DNA of 63,489 nucleotides, filler included, from Octopus bimaculoides (lineage: Eukaryota), in the NCBI RefSeq assembly GCF_001194135.2. It is 4 parts of 3 records of this genome, joined end to end, with 100 filler letters (N's around TTAATTAATTAA, not from the genome) between each part and the next. Parts side by side here need not be neighbours in the genome. Positions count along the whole stretch, not along the records: positions 27,341 to 58,579 come from NC_068982.1; 3 more parts are not named here. The stretch is one strand, 5' to 3'. Numbering within the stretch: position 1 is the first letter of the stretch; the number at the start of each line of letters is the position of its first letter. Positions 37,090 through 49,800 of this stretch are shown in pieces. The notes beneath the pieces were generated by a model. That model worked only from the letters and a program-made list of their open reading frames with translations. It was not told the origin of the DNA and made no database searches. The position numbers and the translations under genes are program-made.

Positions 37090-37319
37090 ATCTTTTCTAC
37101 TATAGGCACAAGGACTTGAAAGTTTGTGGGAGGGGACTAGTCGACTAAATCGACTAAATCGACCCCGGTATTTCATTAGTAATTAATTTATCGACCCCGG
37201 AAGAATGAAAGGCATAGTCGACCTCGGCGGAATTTGAACTCAGAACGCGAAGGCAGACGAAATCCCGCTAAGCATTTTGCCCGGCGTGTTAACGATTCTG
37301 CCAGCTCGTCGCCTTAATA

Positions 37320-37369
<50 letters not shown>

Positions 37370-37455
37370 AATAATCCTTTCTACTGGAAGCACAAGGCCT
37401 CAAGTCTGGGGGAAGGGATTAAGTCGATCACATCGACCCCAATATTCAATTCATA
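37090..37455 (-). mobile_element. Two tandem SINE family A copies (37090-37313 complete; 37373-37455 truncated by gap) separated by (GAT)n
   Basis: Both tails AGGCACAAGG/AAGCACAAGGCC visible; full head present in the first copy. Confidence 0.85.
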
Positions 37456-38201
37456 NNNNNNNNNNNNNNNNNNNNNNNNNNNNNNNNNNNNNNNNNNNNN
37501 NNNNNNNNNNNNNNNNNNNNNNNNNNNNNNNNNNNNNNNNNNNNNNNNNNNNNNNNNNNNNNNNNNNNNNNNNNNNNNNNNNNNNNNNNNNNNNNNNNNN
37601 NNNNNNNNNNNNNNNNNNNNNNNNNNNNNNNNNNNNNNNNNNNNNNNNNNNNNNNNNNNNNNNNNNNNNNNNNNNNNNNNNNNNNNNNNNNNNNNNNNNN
37701 NNNNNNNNNNNNNNNNNNNNNNNNNNNNNNNNNNNNNNNNNNNNNNNNNNNNNNNNNNNNNNNNNNNNNNNNNNNNNNNNNNNNNNNNNNNNNNNNNNNN
37801 NNNNNNNNNNNNNNNNNNNNNNNNNNNNNNNNNNNNNNNNNNNNNNNNNNNNNNNNNNNNNNNNNNNNNNNNNNNNNNNNNNNNNNNNNNNNNNNNNNNN
37901 NNNNNNNNNNNNNNNNNNNNNNNNNNNNNNNNNNNNNNNNNNNNNNNNNNNNNNNNNNNNNNNNNNNNNNNNNNNNNNNNNNNNNNNNNNNNNNNNNNNN
38001 NNNNNNNNNNNNNNNNNNNNNNNNNNNNNNNNNNNNNNNNNNNNNNNNNNNNNNNNNNNNNNNNNNNNNNNNNNNNNNNNNNNNNNNNNNNNNNNNNNNN
38101 NNNNNNNNNNNNNNNNNNNNNNNNNNNNNNNNNNNNNNNNNNNNNNNNNNNNNNNNNTATATATACATATTATATTTATATATATAATCTGTGTGTATCT
38201 A

Positions 38202-38240
<39 letters not shown>

Positions 38241-38596
38241 ATATTTATATTTACACACACATACTATTTACATATGCATTCATATATCTTTGTGCGGATG
38301 CATAGTGTATACACAGAGGACCTAAGAAATGGATGCGTACCTAAAGGCAAACAGAGATACAGAAGTGCCTGTGACTATCGTCTCCTTAACGAAAATATTC
38401 ACCACAGCCTTTAATTTTCAGACGAGCTCCACCTCCTGTAGCATCTCTAGAATACGGTCCCGTTCCACATTGCCAAATTTGACCCGGAGGCCCTGAGAAT
38501 GTACGTGTGTGTGTGTGTGTGTGTCTGCATATTACATACATATATACTCACACACGCACGTTATACATACACACGTATTTATATACATATACAGCC

Positions 38597-38697
<101 letters not shown>

Positions 38698-39317
38698 TAT
38701 ATCATCTTGATGTATATTCATTCGACTAAGCATGAAAGTCCTATACTTGATTAAAGGGGGGGGGGTGACTGAGAAATATGATGCCATAGGTCTTCGAAAA
38801 GTATTATGAGAGCTTGTTATACGAAATGTCTTCAACAGGCGTTTGAAACCGTACTCTAGTCTCGATGTTGGCACACGCTCCACGGGACTAAATTTGCACG
38901 CTTCTTTGTATCTATTATTAAAAGCTTACTTCTTAATTTAAGTGGCCTTCATATTCTTGTATTTAAATCAAAAGATACCGAAATAGTTTGAACATTTCTT
39001 ACGTAATCTACTGTCAATATTTTCCAGCTTTCAAATTTCCCGCCACGGAAAAGAGACTGAAGATAGTGTTCAACATGATGTACAGTTTTCTAGTACCTAT
39101 GAAGTGATGCATGGCTAATGAAGATGATAAAAAGTAATTTGATCGATAGCTTGAATTTCATCGAACCCATGGAATCCTAAATAAAGGCTTCACTCTAAAA
39201 CAGTGTTTATCGTATATAGAAAAAAATTAACTCTCTCCCCTCCCCCTCTCCTTAACTGCGTGAAATCATTAGTTTTGTTTTCAGGAAAAACTACCAATCG
39301 ATACAAAAAAAGCTGTA

Positions 39318-39745
39318 GGCGCAGGCGTGGCTGTGTGGTGAGAAGTTTGCTTCCCAACCATATGGTCCCGGGTTCAGTCCCAGTGCATGGCAACTCGGGC
39401 AAGTCTCTGTTACTATAGAATCGGGCCGACTAAAACTTTGTGAGTGGATTTGGTAGACGGAAATTGAAAGAAGCTCATCATATGTGTGTGCGTGTTTGTG
39501 TGTGTGTGTGTGTGTGTGTATAAATGTGTGTGTATGTTGTCGTGTTTGTTCCCCACCATCGCTTGACAACCGATGGCGGTGTTTACGTCCCCATAATTTA
39601 GCGGTTCGGTACAAGAGGCCAATAGAATAAGTACCAGGCCTAAAAGGTTATAAGCACTGGAGTTGATTCATTCAACTAAAATCCTTCAGGACAGTGCCCC
39701 AGCATGGCCACTTTCTAATGAGTGAAAGAAGTAAACGATAAAAGA
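39318..39745 (+). mobile_element. SINE family B
   Basis: Full head GGCGCAGGCGTGGCTGTGTGG...GGTTCAGTCCC and the same body as 32930-33338. Confidence 0.88.
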
Positions 39746-40715
39746 AATCTAAAAGAAATCTCAACTTTACATAACTTTAAAAAAAGCAGAAAACAAATCA
39801 ACACGCTCTTTGTTATCAAAATGTATACATCGGCGTGCAATAACATTCAGGATATGTATACAGACGTCGAACGGCACTAAATGTAATATTTTGTCCCAGA
39901 GAAACTTCTAAAAGAGATTTGTATTAAAAGAACAGGGCTCCGCTCAGAACATTATGAATATATCCATCGGTATCTTTAATTTCAGACTATTTCATGCGCT
40001 TTTATTGATCAAAATTATATTTTACAATTAAAAGATTTTAAGAAATAGTTTTAGAAAAAAAAAAAAAAAAAAAAAAAAAAATTGCAGTATACAGATACAC
40101 ACGCAAAGATATTTTGTTGTTATTGTTGTTGAGGGATTGTCTGGAATGAGGTGAATGTACCGCAAAGGGATTATTTGTGCACCGAACTCAAACTGTTCAA
40201 GAATTCGAAGATCTAATGTGTAGGGAAAGTTAGATAGACTAAACAAACATGTTTTTCATTCGAACCAACGAAGGAGGGAGCCAGCCAGTTGTTTGCAAAT
40301 CACACCCTATTATCTAAGAAGAAAGGAAGTGCTCATTACATGATATAATCCTCCTAGTCACACAGTACGTAGAAGGCAAAAATGGGATTGTATATAACTG
40401 GAACACATGCCTACGCATTGACGACCTAGGGCTAAACAAAAATAACAAGTTGTTTAGCCTAAGGACAAGCTGTTGCTCATTCTCCTTTACTCTAAAAGTC
40501 GTCATACAAGAAAACTGTATTACTGTGAATATAAAGTTATGTATTGATCAGACAGTTTTGTATTACATGTCCTGATCATGTTCAGGTGGCAAAGAAATCA
40601 ATAAAATAAGTCAACGAGGCAATCTGCACGTGGTTACTCGATCTGCTTGAAATAGCAGCCAAATCTTCTTTGAACCACACCGTAGCCCATATACATAAAT
40701 ATAAATAGACTAAAC

Positions 40716-40920
40716 CAGTGGTTTTCAAACTGTGGTCCGTGGACCACAGGGGGTCCGCAAGGACAAGACAGGGGGTCCGTGGACAGCAAATACTTTTTAT
40801 AGGCAATTTGATTTTATATGTTTTTTAATCGAAATCTTTTAATTGACAATAAACCTATTTGTTAAATACTGTTAAATAAATAAATGTAAAAATATATGTT
40901 ATTTTAAGCAAATATTTATG
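40716..40920. mobile_element. hAT-type MITE, left end (rest in gap or lost)
   Basis: CAGTGGTTTTCAAAC terminus with GGTCCGTGGACC / GGGGGTCCG subterminal repeats. No right TIR seen after the gap. Confidence 0.7.
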
Positions 40921-41369
40921 NNNNNNNNNNNNNNNNNNNNNNNNNNNNNNNNNNNNNNNNNNNNNNNNNNNNNNNNNNNNNNNNNNNNNNNNNNNNNNNN
41001 NNNNNNNNNNNNNNNNNNNNNNNNNNNNNNNNNNNNNNNNNNNNNNNNNNNNNNNNNNNNNNNNNNNNNNNNNNNNNNNNNNNNNNNNNNNNNNNNNNNN
41101 NNNNNNNNNNNNNNNNNNNNNNNNNNNNNNNNNNNNNNNNNNNNNNNNNNNNNNNNNNNNNNNNNNNNNNNNNNNNNNNNNNNNNNNNNNNNNNNNNNNN
41201 NNNNNNNNNNNNNNNNNNNNNNNNNNNNNNNNNNNNNNNNNNNNNNNNNNNNNNNNNNNNNNNNNNNNNNNNACAGGTTCTTTTCCACCAAGGTTAACAA
41301 ATTTAGTCACAAATATTCTTAAGAATAGCATGAGCACCACACAACCTCATTTTTTTTTTTTTTCATTTG

Positions 41370-41570
41370 CAGAGTCGTTAGAAGATCGGACAAAACATCG
41401 TGTGGTGATATTTTTTGCGGATCATCACGTTCTAATTTCAAATCCCGTCGACTCCAACTTTGCCTTTCATCTTTTCGGGTGTCAACGAAAAAAACCAATC
41501 ATGTCCTGTGGTTGATGTAATCGCTCAAGACCCTCGCTCCCAAACTGCTGGCCCTGTGCCTAAATTAGAA
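41370..41570 (+). mobile_element. SINE family A, diverged
   Basis: GCAGAGTCGTTAG...TTCAAATCCCG..GACTCCAACTTTGCCTTTCATC. Confidence 0.65.
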
Positions 41571-41894
41571 ATAACCTTTATAATCTGAGTTCAATTCTTT
41601 AGGATCAACATCGATTGATAGATAAGGGGGATGTCGTTGACTGTAATGGCAGAAGTTGAGAATTACCAATACATTACTGACAGGCCAGAACCTCAAAGTT
41701 CTTCACCAACTTTAATTACTGTCTGATAGTAATGGCGTGGTTGCTATGACAACGGCAATGCATCTCCTTGTTTTATGCAAAATGCATTTGTTTATTTATA
41801 GCATTTTTTTTAGAAAGAAGACTGAGTCCTGACGCATTAAACAACCTGCTTTGTTACTCACTTCATCCCAGATCATGTCCTAGTGCAACATTTA

Positions 41895-42340
41895 TCTTTT
41901 CTTTCCTATCTTGTTTCAGCCAGTTGAGTGCGGTCATGCTGGGGCACCGCATTGAAGGGCTTTTAGTCAAACAAATCGATCCCAGGACTTATTTTTTAAG
42001 CCTAGTACTTATTCTATCGGTTACTTTTTGCCGAACCGCTACGTTACGTGGACCTAAATACACCAACACCGGTTGTCAAGCGGTGACGGGAGAGGGAACA
42101 AACACAGACGCAAACACACATAGATATATACATACATACACACACATACATACATACATATATACAAACATACATACATATATATATATATATTTTTCTT
42201 TTCAAAGTTTCAGCTCAGAGTTGCGACCAAATCCACTCACTAGGCTTTGATCGGCTCGAGGCTACAGTAGAAGACACTTGCCCAAACCTGGAACCGTGTG
42301 GTTGGGAAGCAAGCTTCTTACCACTCAGCCACGCCTGCGC
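41895..42340 (-). mobile_element. SINE family B
   Basis: Reverse complement of the head (CCACTCAGCCACGCCTGCGC) and 3' body (GCGGTCATGCTGGGGCACCGC). Confidence 0.82.
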
Positions 42341-42555
42341 TGCTATAACAAACATAAAAGTAAAGCTTATTGATTTGTTATTCGATAATAATTTTCTTCG
42401 GAATTGTTATCCATCTCGGAAAAATGTTTAGCGGTATTTCATCCTACTCAACGTCCTGAGTTCAAATGCCGTCGAGGTCGACTTTTCCTTTCGGGATCTA
42501 AGTACCAGTTGAGCATTATGTCAAAATTAAAAACCAATATATAATATAACAAATT

Positions 42556-42628
<73 letters not shown>

Positions 42629-42879
42629 CATATATATATAGCTGTATGTATGCGTGTTTGTATGTATGTATGTATGGATGGATGGATAGATGATGCAACT
42701 GATAACTCATCAACAGAATTTACCTGAATTGATCAGTAATTATAATGATCAACAGAATGATCATTATTATTATTATTATTGGTCAATGTATCAAGCCTCC
42801 TGGCATGTCTATAGTGTATTGGAGTGCATACATACGGCATATACCTTCTTATCTACTTAATGCAATAATTATTGTCACA

Positions 42880-42933
<54 letters not shown>

Positions 42934-44900
42934 GTTATTATCATTATTATTGTTATTATTATTATTATTATTATTCATCCGCCACTGCCGAAGTCTATGA
43001 AATACGTATTAGCCATGTGTGTACAGAGATTTATTCAATTACTTGTATTGTTTGTTGCCCTCAAGAAATTTTACGGCATTGTGCCAATGGGAGACAACAT
43101 TAGGATATTTATAATAATAGCTAAGGTGATTGTGTATAACAGAAACAATACAAAGCTGGATTAAATAGTTTATACCATTGACATTCATTCCTCTACGTGC
43201 TTCAATTCAAGTTATATAGGATTCAACTTTTGTCTTTCATTGTTCAAAGTTTGATAAAATTATAAAATCGACCTATTGGGATCAATTCAACGGGCGTAGA
43301 AACATTGCAACAGAGTAATAAATCATTATAACAACTACTGTGACAATCAATTATTGGTCAATTATTGATATAAATCACTATCAGCACTAATTATCACAAA
43401 TGACTAACTCGTCGACTCATTACCACGAAGTAAATAATCAAGAAAACGATTATGATATACTGTTACGATATATTATTAAGTGCATTGTACAGAAAAGGTC
43501 CTTCGCTAAGAACAAACGTTCAACGGGAAAATTAAGATATTGTTGTCCATTTGATTATCCAAATTGCATAAGTGATAAATAGATAAGATTGGAAGCAAAC
43601 TCAGTGTTCAATACTTTAGCATATCACTAAATAGTATACTCAGCATTGATTCGATGATTACAACAATCCACGCAATGTTAGAAGCTACGTTTTTCACTTA
43701 GGCGTTGTAGACGTAATATACAATTGCTAGGTAACTAATTCTATACGCGTTATGAAGGTTCTGTCCGAGGTGAAGTGAAAAAGAAATATGTGTCTAGATT
43801 GCTAACACAGTAGAAAGGAACATATGCAGGTATCGCAAAATGCTTATCGCATAGCTCATGAGAATTACTAAGATGAGTAAAAATAATATTTGCAATTGGG
43901 AATAAATTCTAAGTCGAGTAGCAAAGTTTACCGTAACTTTTCGCAGCACGTTTCGATACACAAACACATCTATGTATGTATATATTCTATATACATATGC
44001 ATATATGTATATATATATATATATATATNNNNNNNNNNNNNNNNNNNNNNNNNNNNNNNNNNNNNNNNNNNNNNNNNNNNNNNNNNNNNNNNNNNNNNNN
44101 NNNNNNNNNNNNNNNNNNNNNNNNNNNNNNNNNNNNNNNNNNNNNNNNNNNNNNNNNNNNNNNNNNNNNNNNNNNNNNNNNNNNNNNNNNNNNNNNNNNN
44201 NNNNNNNNNNNNNNNNNNNNNNNNNNNNNNNNNNNNNNNNNNNNNNNNNNNNNNNNNNNNNNNNNNNNNNNNNNNNNNNNNNNNNNNNNNNNNNNNNNNN
44301 NNNNNNNNNNNNNNNNNNNNNNNNNNNNNNNNNNNNNNNNNNNNNNNNNNNNNNNNNNNNNNNNNNNNNNNNNNNNNNNNNNNNNNNNNNNNNNNNNNNN
44401 NNNNNNNNNNNNNNNNNNNNNNNNNNNNNNNNNNNNNNNNNNNNNNNNNNNNNNNNNNNNNNNNNNNNNNNNNNNNNNNNNNNNNNNNNNNNNNNNNNNN
44501 NNNNNNNNNNNNNNNNNNNNNNNNNNNNNNNNNNNNNNNNNNNNNNNNNNNNNNNNNNNNNNNNNNNNNNNNNNNNNNNNNNNNNNNNNNNNNNNNNNNN
44601 NNNNNNNNNNNNNNNNNNNNNNNNNNNNNNNNNNNNNNNNNNNNNNNNNNNNNNNNNNNNNNNNNNNNNNNNNNNNNNNNNNNNNNNNNNNNNNNNNNNN
44701 NNNNNNNNNNNNNNNNNNNNNNNNNNNNNNNNNNNNNNNNNNNNNNNNNNNNNNNNNNNNNNNNNNNNNNNNNNNNNNNNNNNNNNNNNNNNNNNNNNNN
44801 NNNNNNNNAATACGATTCTATGCATGTACGGACTCCATTATTCAGTTGATGTTCATTGTTTTTATGAATTTATAAACACATCTTTAGCAGTCTATCTATC

Positions 44901-44978
<78 letters not shown>

Positions 44979-46821
44979 CTCTATATATGCATGTATGTGT
45001 GTTTGCGTGCGTGTGTATTTTAACGTGTGTGTGTGTGTGTGCGTGCGTGCGTGCGTGTGTTTGTGTGCGTGAATGCATATACCTATACCTGTGCCTTAGC
45101 GTGTGTGTATGTGTGTGCCGCTGTTGGCGCATAGTTCACACATGTCAGGTGCTTATTTGATCGTAACCAGGCAGAACTTCACTGGTGTGAAATATGATTT
45201 CTCCCCTTAAGACATGAATATATATGTATATACATACATACATACATANNNNNNNNNNTGTAAAGGAGTGAGAGAGAGAGATATAGGAAGTGAAAGAAAG
45301 ATAATGTACGCAACATCTATCATCTGTTTTACTTGTCGATATTCATTCAGCACGTGTTGCCGTCGTCACACCTTCCTCGATGCATATTTTGCCAACTTTT
45401 TAGCTAACATGAATTATGTTTGCTTCGTTTTCACCTTTTCACTCGTTCTATATATAAAAACAAAAAGTTTTGAAAATTACGTCGGAAAGAATCGAATGAG
45501 CGTCACTCAAAAGGTGCAGTCCTCCCTGGACTTAAAAAAATTGATGTGCAGTTTAGTATGGTGAAAGTAAATGATAAGGCTTCTTGCAACATGAATAAAC
45601 AATACGGTTATTCAGATGTTTAGACACTGCAATGAAATTAGTAACATGTAGTTATAAGATTAAATGTATAATTGATAATAGTTCATTACATTGTATAAGT
45701 CACATAGTCTCCGACACCTAACTTCTATACAGATCATGTTGAACATGTTACCCCGTTAAATAATTAATTAAACCCTGACCTGTCATTCATTAGACGGAAA
45801 ATAACCTACATCGATCTGTTACAACCACGTAAGTGACATAATCAATATCGATTTATAACAAATCTCAATAACTTGATTTCTCGAAATCGGAAAGAAGTAT
45901 TCTTCTTTGGACAATCAGCACCATTTGACTCGTGGAAAGGCGGGAGGAAATGAAAGGTATGGTGGTCATTCATTCCCCAAGAATAATGCTAATATACGTT
46001 TATGAATTTGTTTTGCGTGAAATCGTGTGTGGAAACAGATATTGTTATATTTTTGGATGGTCATTTTTTTTTCTTGCTAAATAAACACATGCACTAATAT
46101 AATTGAAGAGGTTCTGATTGGCAACTGTAAGAAACTCACGAACTTACTTTGTCAATGGTTTATCGATAATCGTTGTATATCTAAATAAATAGTAATTTCA
46201 TTAGCTTCAAAGTTTATTTTTTGCTATGGCTGGTGCATACTCAGTTGCTTCCATTTCAGTATATAACTAGCAGAAGAAAACTATACGGAATCACCCTTAT
46301 CCGCTAGAACTAATAGCAAAATTTTCCTCAAAGTACACTCTTAGAAACATAGACACGTTAGATAACGTTGTACTAAATATCCCTAAAATGTCGGTATGGC
46401 TCAGTATGAATTCTATTGATCATAGATTTACTCAAACAGAGTTTCCTAGATGGAAAAACAACAAAAAGCTGGTAGCTGTTTCATCGATCCTCTAAAATAT
46501 GAAAGACAAAGTCAATAGAAGTATATTTTGAACTCAGAATGTTGTTTGAATGAAAGCAAATACGGCGGGACATTTAATCTGGTGTACTTCTGTCAATTCG
46601 CCACTTTTACCGAAATATATATTGATTTTTTACACTTCGTGTCATTCACCACGCTAAATAACAACTGACATGTTTACTGTACTACGACGAAAGTATAGAG
46701 AGAAAAATAACACATAAAAGAACAAATATACATCTACGTTCTAAGATCTCATTTTCAACGACTGCATGAACATGTATGAAATACAATCTATCAGAAAGTA
46801 ATATAATGTAAACAGTCTTAC

Positions 46822-49800
46822 CTTGGGTCCATGTGGTGATTCTAGAAGTTCCGTGCTCGGTATTAGACAATGATCCAAACTTTGGAGGTACAGTCAAAGA
46901 ATAACGTAATTCCTCATCCTGGCTATCATGATCTTGGGACTTAAGGACGTCTTCAGACAAGACGAACCCCATTTTCCCGTTCTCTAATACAGTTAAGAAA
47001 GATGCTCCTTCGTTGACAGAAATCAAGGGGCTTCCATTATCAACTTCTTCTATTTCAATATTCATCGTCTGAGGATGACGTTTCGAATAACTGGTATCGG
47101 GGAAGACATAGAAATCTGAATGGATTCCGTCTGTTACCATAAAAGAGAAACTATCAGACTGTGTGTCGGAACCATCGTGTTGATAGCTAATTAGGTTGTT
47201 AGCAATGTCAGCCTGTGTAAATCTGGTTACGATACGTGAGTAGTTGTGTAAAAGATTTCCATGAACCGGCACTTGAGTAATAGTAAATTCAATGTTATTG
47301 TCATTTGTATCCCTATCATCAACTTTAAGTTCAGACAAAGAGAGAAGTTTTGAACTACCTTCGTTCACCCGTAATACATCGAACGTAAGCACAGGTTTTT
47401 TGTTGTCAACATCGGTCAGTGAGATCCTAAAGGTTAACATAACCTGGCTGTATTCATCAGTCACTTCAAACATTAAACTATCCATTTTCATTTCGTCATT
47501 GCTCGTGTGAACGTATATTATTTCATCAGCGGCTAATTCATCCAACGAAAAATTAATTATAGGTTCTCCTGGTTTATGTAAGTTTTCCAAATGTCCTCTG
47601 GTTGGTGAACGAGTAAGCACAAATTGCAGTTCTTTGTTGTGTATTTTCAAATTTGTTCCAGTGAGCAAGTCAGTGGTTAAGGTAATCCAACCACTTTCGG
47701 GAAGTTCAACACCTCTGTTGATTATTTGTTGTGTAACTTCACTTTGACCTTTGACAGTGATATAAAAATACTGGTCAGTCAACATGTTGTGGTTATCAGT
47801 TAGATCGAATTTAATAATGTCCCTAACGACATCAGCTCCATTATGTTCATACTGAATGCGTTTTTGGTCAATATCATACTGAGTGAAATTATCACCTGTG
47901 CTGAGGTTACGCAATAAATGTCCATTACTGATTCGTTGTAGATAGCCATATTTAGGTGGCCCTCGAACAATATACATGATTGTCTCGTTTTCTGAATCTG
48001 GATCTTCAGCTTTAAGATACTTATTAGATATTATTTTTATTGCTCCAATCTTTTCTATTTCCAATCCAGTATTGACAGTAAGTCTGGGAGTTTCATCATC
48101 AACTAGAATAATTGTAATTGGAAGAGTATTTGTTATATTGTGTTTGCCATCAGTTAGAGTAAACTTGAAGTAATCTTCCGGCGACTCTGAACCGTCATGT
48201 TCATATAAAATTGTGGAGTCCTGAACTATATCAGAGAGAGTGAAGTTAGTTATCTTTATGGTACCAGCTAGGGTTTGTTTACCAAGAACACCGTGTTTCG
48301 GAAGCTCATCAATTACAAAAGTCAATACATCCTTTGGCTGATCTTTATCAGTGGCATTTAGAATAGCGTTTTCAATAGTTAGTAACATTCCTTCGGCGAC
48401 AACAAATTCTCGCATGAAAAGGCGAGGAGTTTCATCGTTTTCTGGTAATATAACTATCGGGAATACATAACGTTCTGAAAAGTTTATTCCGTCAGAACAC
48501 ATAATAATAAAGCTATCACTTCGTTCCTCAACACCTTCATGGAAACTCTGAACATAATTGATGTTTCCCAGTCGTAAATGATCACTGCTGAAAGCAGAAA
48601 TTGGAATTCCTTTTTGTGATTTGCCGCTGATGGGCGCTGGAGAAATATTTTCTAGATAGCCAAAGTTTGGACGCACGACTAAAGTACAAATAATATCTTC
48701 ATCTTCGGTGTCTTTGTCATGAACATTAAGGTGAGATGTTAAAATCGGATTCTTTTCGCTCTCACTAACCGTGTAAATATCTGCAACATTTACAACAGGT
48801 AACTTATTATCCACCGGTAAGATTTTGACATCCACTCTTATTTGTTCAACTTTTAGGCCACCAACAACGAGACTGTCCGATTCGTCAGTTAACATTAGTT
48901 CAAAACTATCCTTTTCTGGTTTTGTCCCAATCTCGCCTGTTGTGTGTTGATATTTTACTTTCTTATTAATGATATCTTGTCGTGTAAATTTTTGTGTTAG
49001 AATAACTCCTTCCAGAGGATGCTTCGTAATAATAAAGGTAAATTTCCGATCATCCGAGTCTGTAACGGTTGTTTTCAGAAAGTCCTCTGTTATTACAACA
49101 GTACCCATTTCATTGACTTCGATAGAAGTATGTAATAATTCGTTGCCATCTGCAGTTCTGATAAATTTTGCTTCCTTATTGCCCACGTCCGACACGAAGA
49201 CTTTAACATTCACTGGTAACTTGTGTACACTGTCTGTGACAGTCAAAGAAAATTTGTCCGAATCTGCTTCATCTCCATTGTTTTGATAGAAAATTACTCG
49301 ATTGATTATATCTTGTTTAGAAAATATTTGTCCGGCGGTAAGGATGTCAACATTTTTACGGATAACTCCATGCTTTGGTTCGACTTCAATGATGAAAAAT
49401 ATATCCTTGTCTTTTGTATCATTGTCTTCTGCATTTAAAATATCGGTGGTTATGACAGCTTCTCCATTTTTTATAACGTGCAGACCGTTGTTTAGAACAC
49501 GGGGAGGTTTATTACTGACAGAACGAAGCTTTATTATAAATTCCTGATCTTTCAATACATTCCCAGATATATCTTGTACATCAAACGTAAATTTCAGGAG
49601 TCTGGCAACAAGTCCAAGCTGCTCAGTGGGATGCTTATAGCAAGCCTTATGGTGGTTCAGTTGTGACTGAGTAAACGTAACCAGTTTTGACTTCTGTTTG
49701 TTGCAGTGAACCAATTCTCCGACGTCCAACAGCGTGTTAGCGTTGGTATCACGGAGGGGAGAGGTTATGGTGTAGGTAATCTGTCGGTCATCAGAATCAT

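Noticed and set aside
45335-45400. Minus-strand VGKICIEEGVTTATRAE* as a possible FREM2 exon 2
   Set aside because: Only superficial resemblance, an in-frame stop and no suitable splice sites.
46682-46821. C-terminal 46 residues of the 1804-aa ORF (KTVYII...ILSS)
   Set aside because: Begins at a consensus GTAAG donor exactly where homology ends; this is intron read-through.
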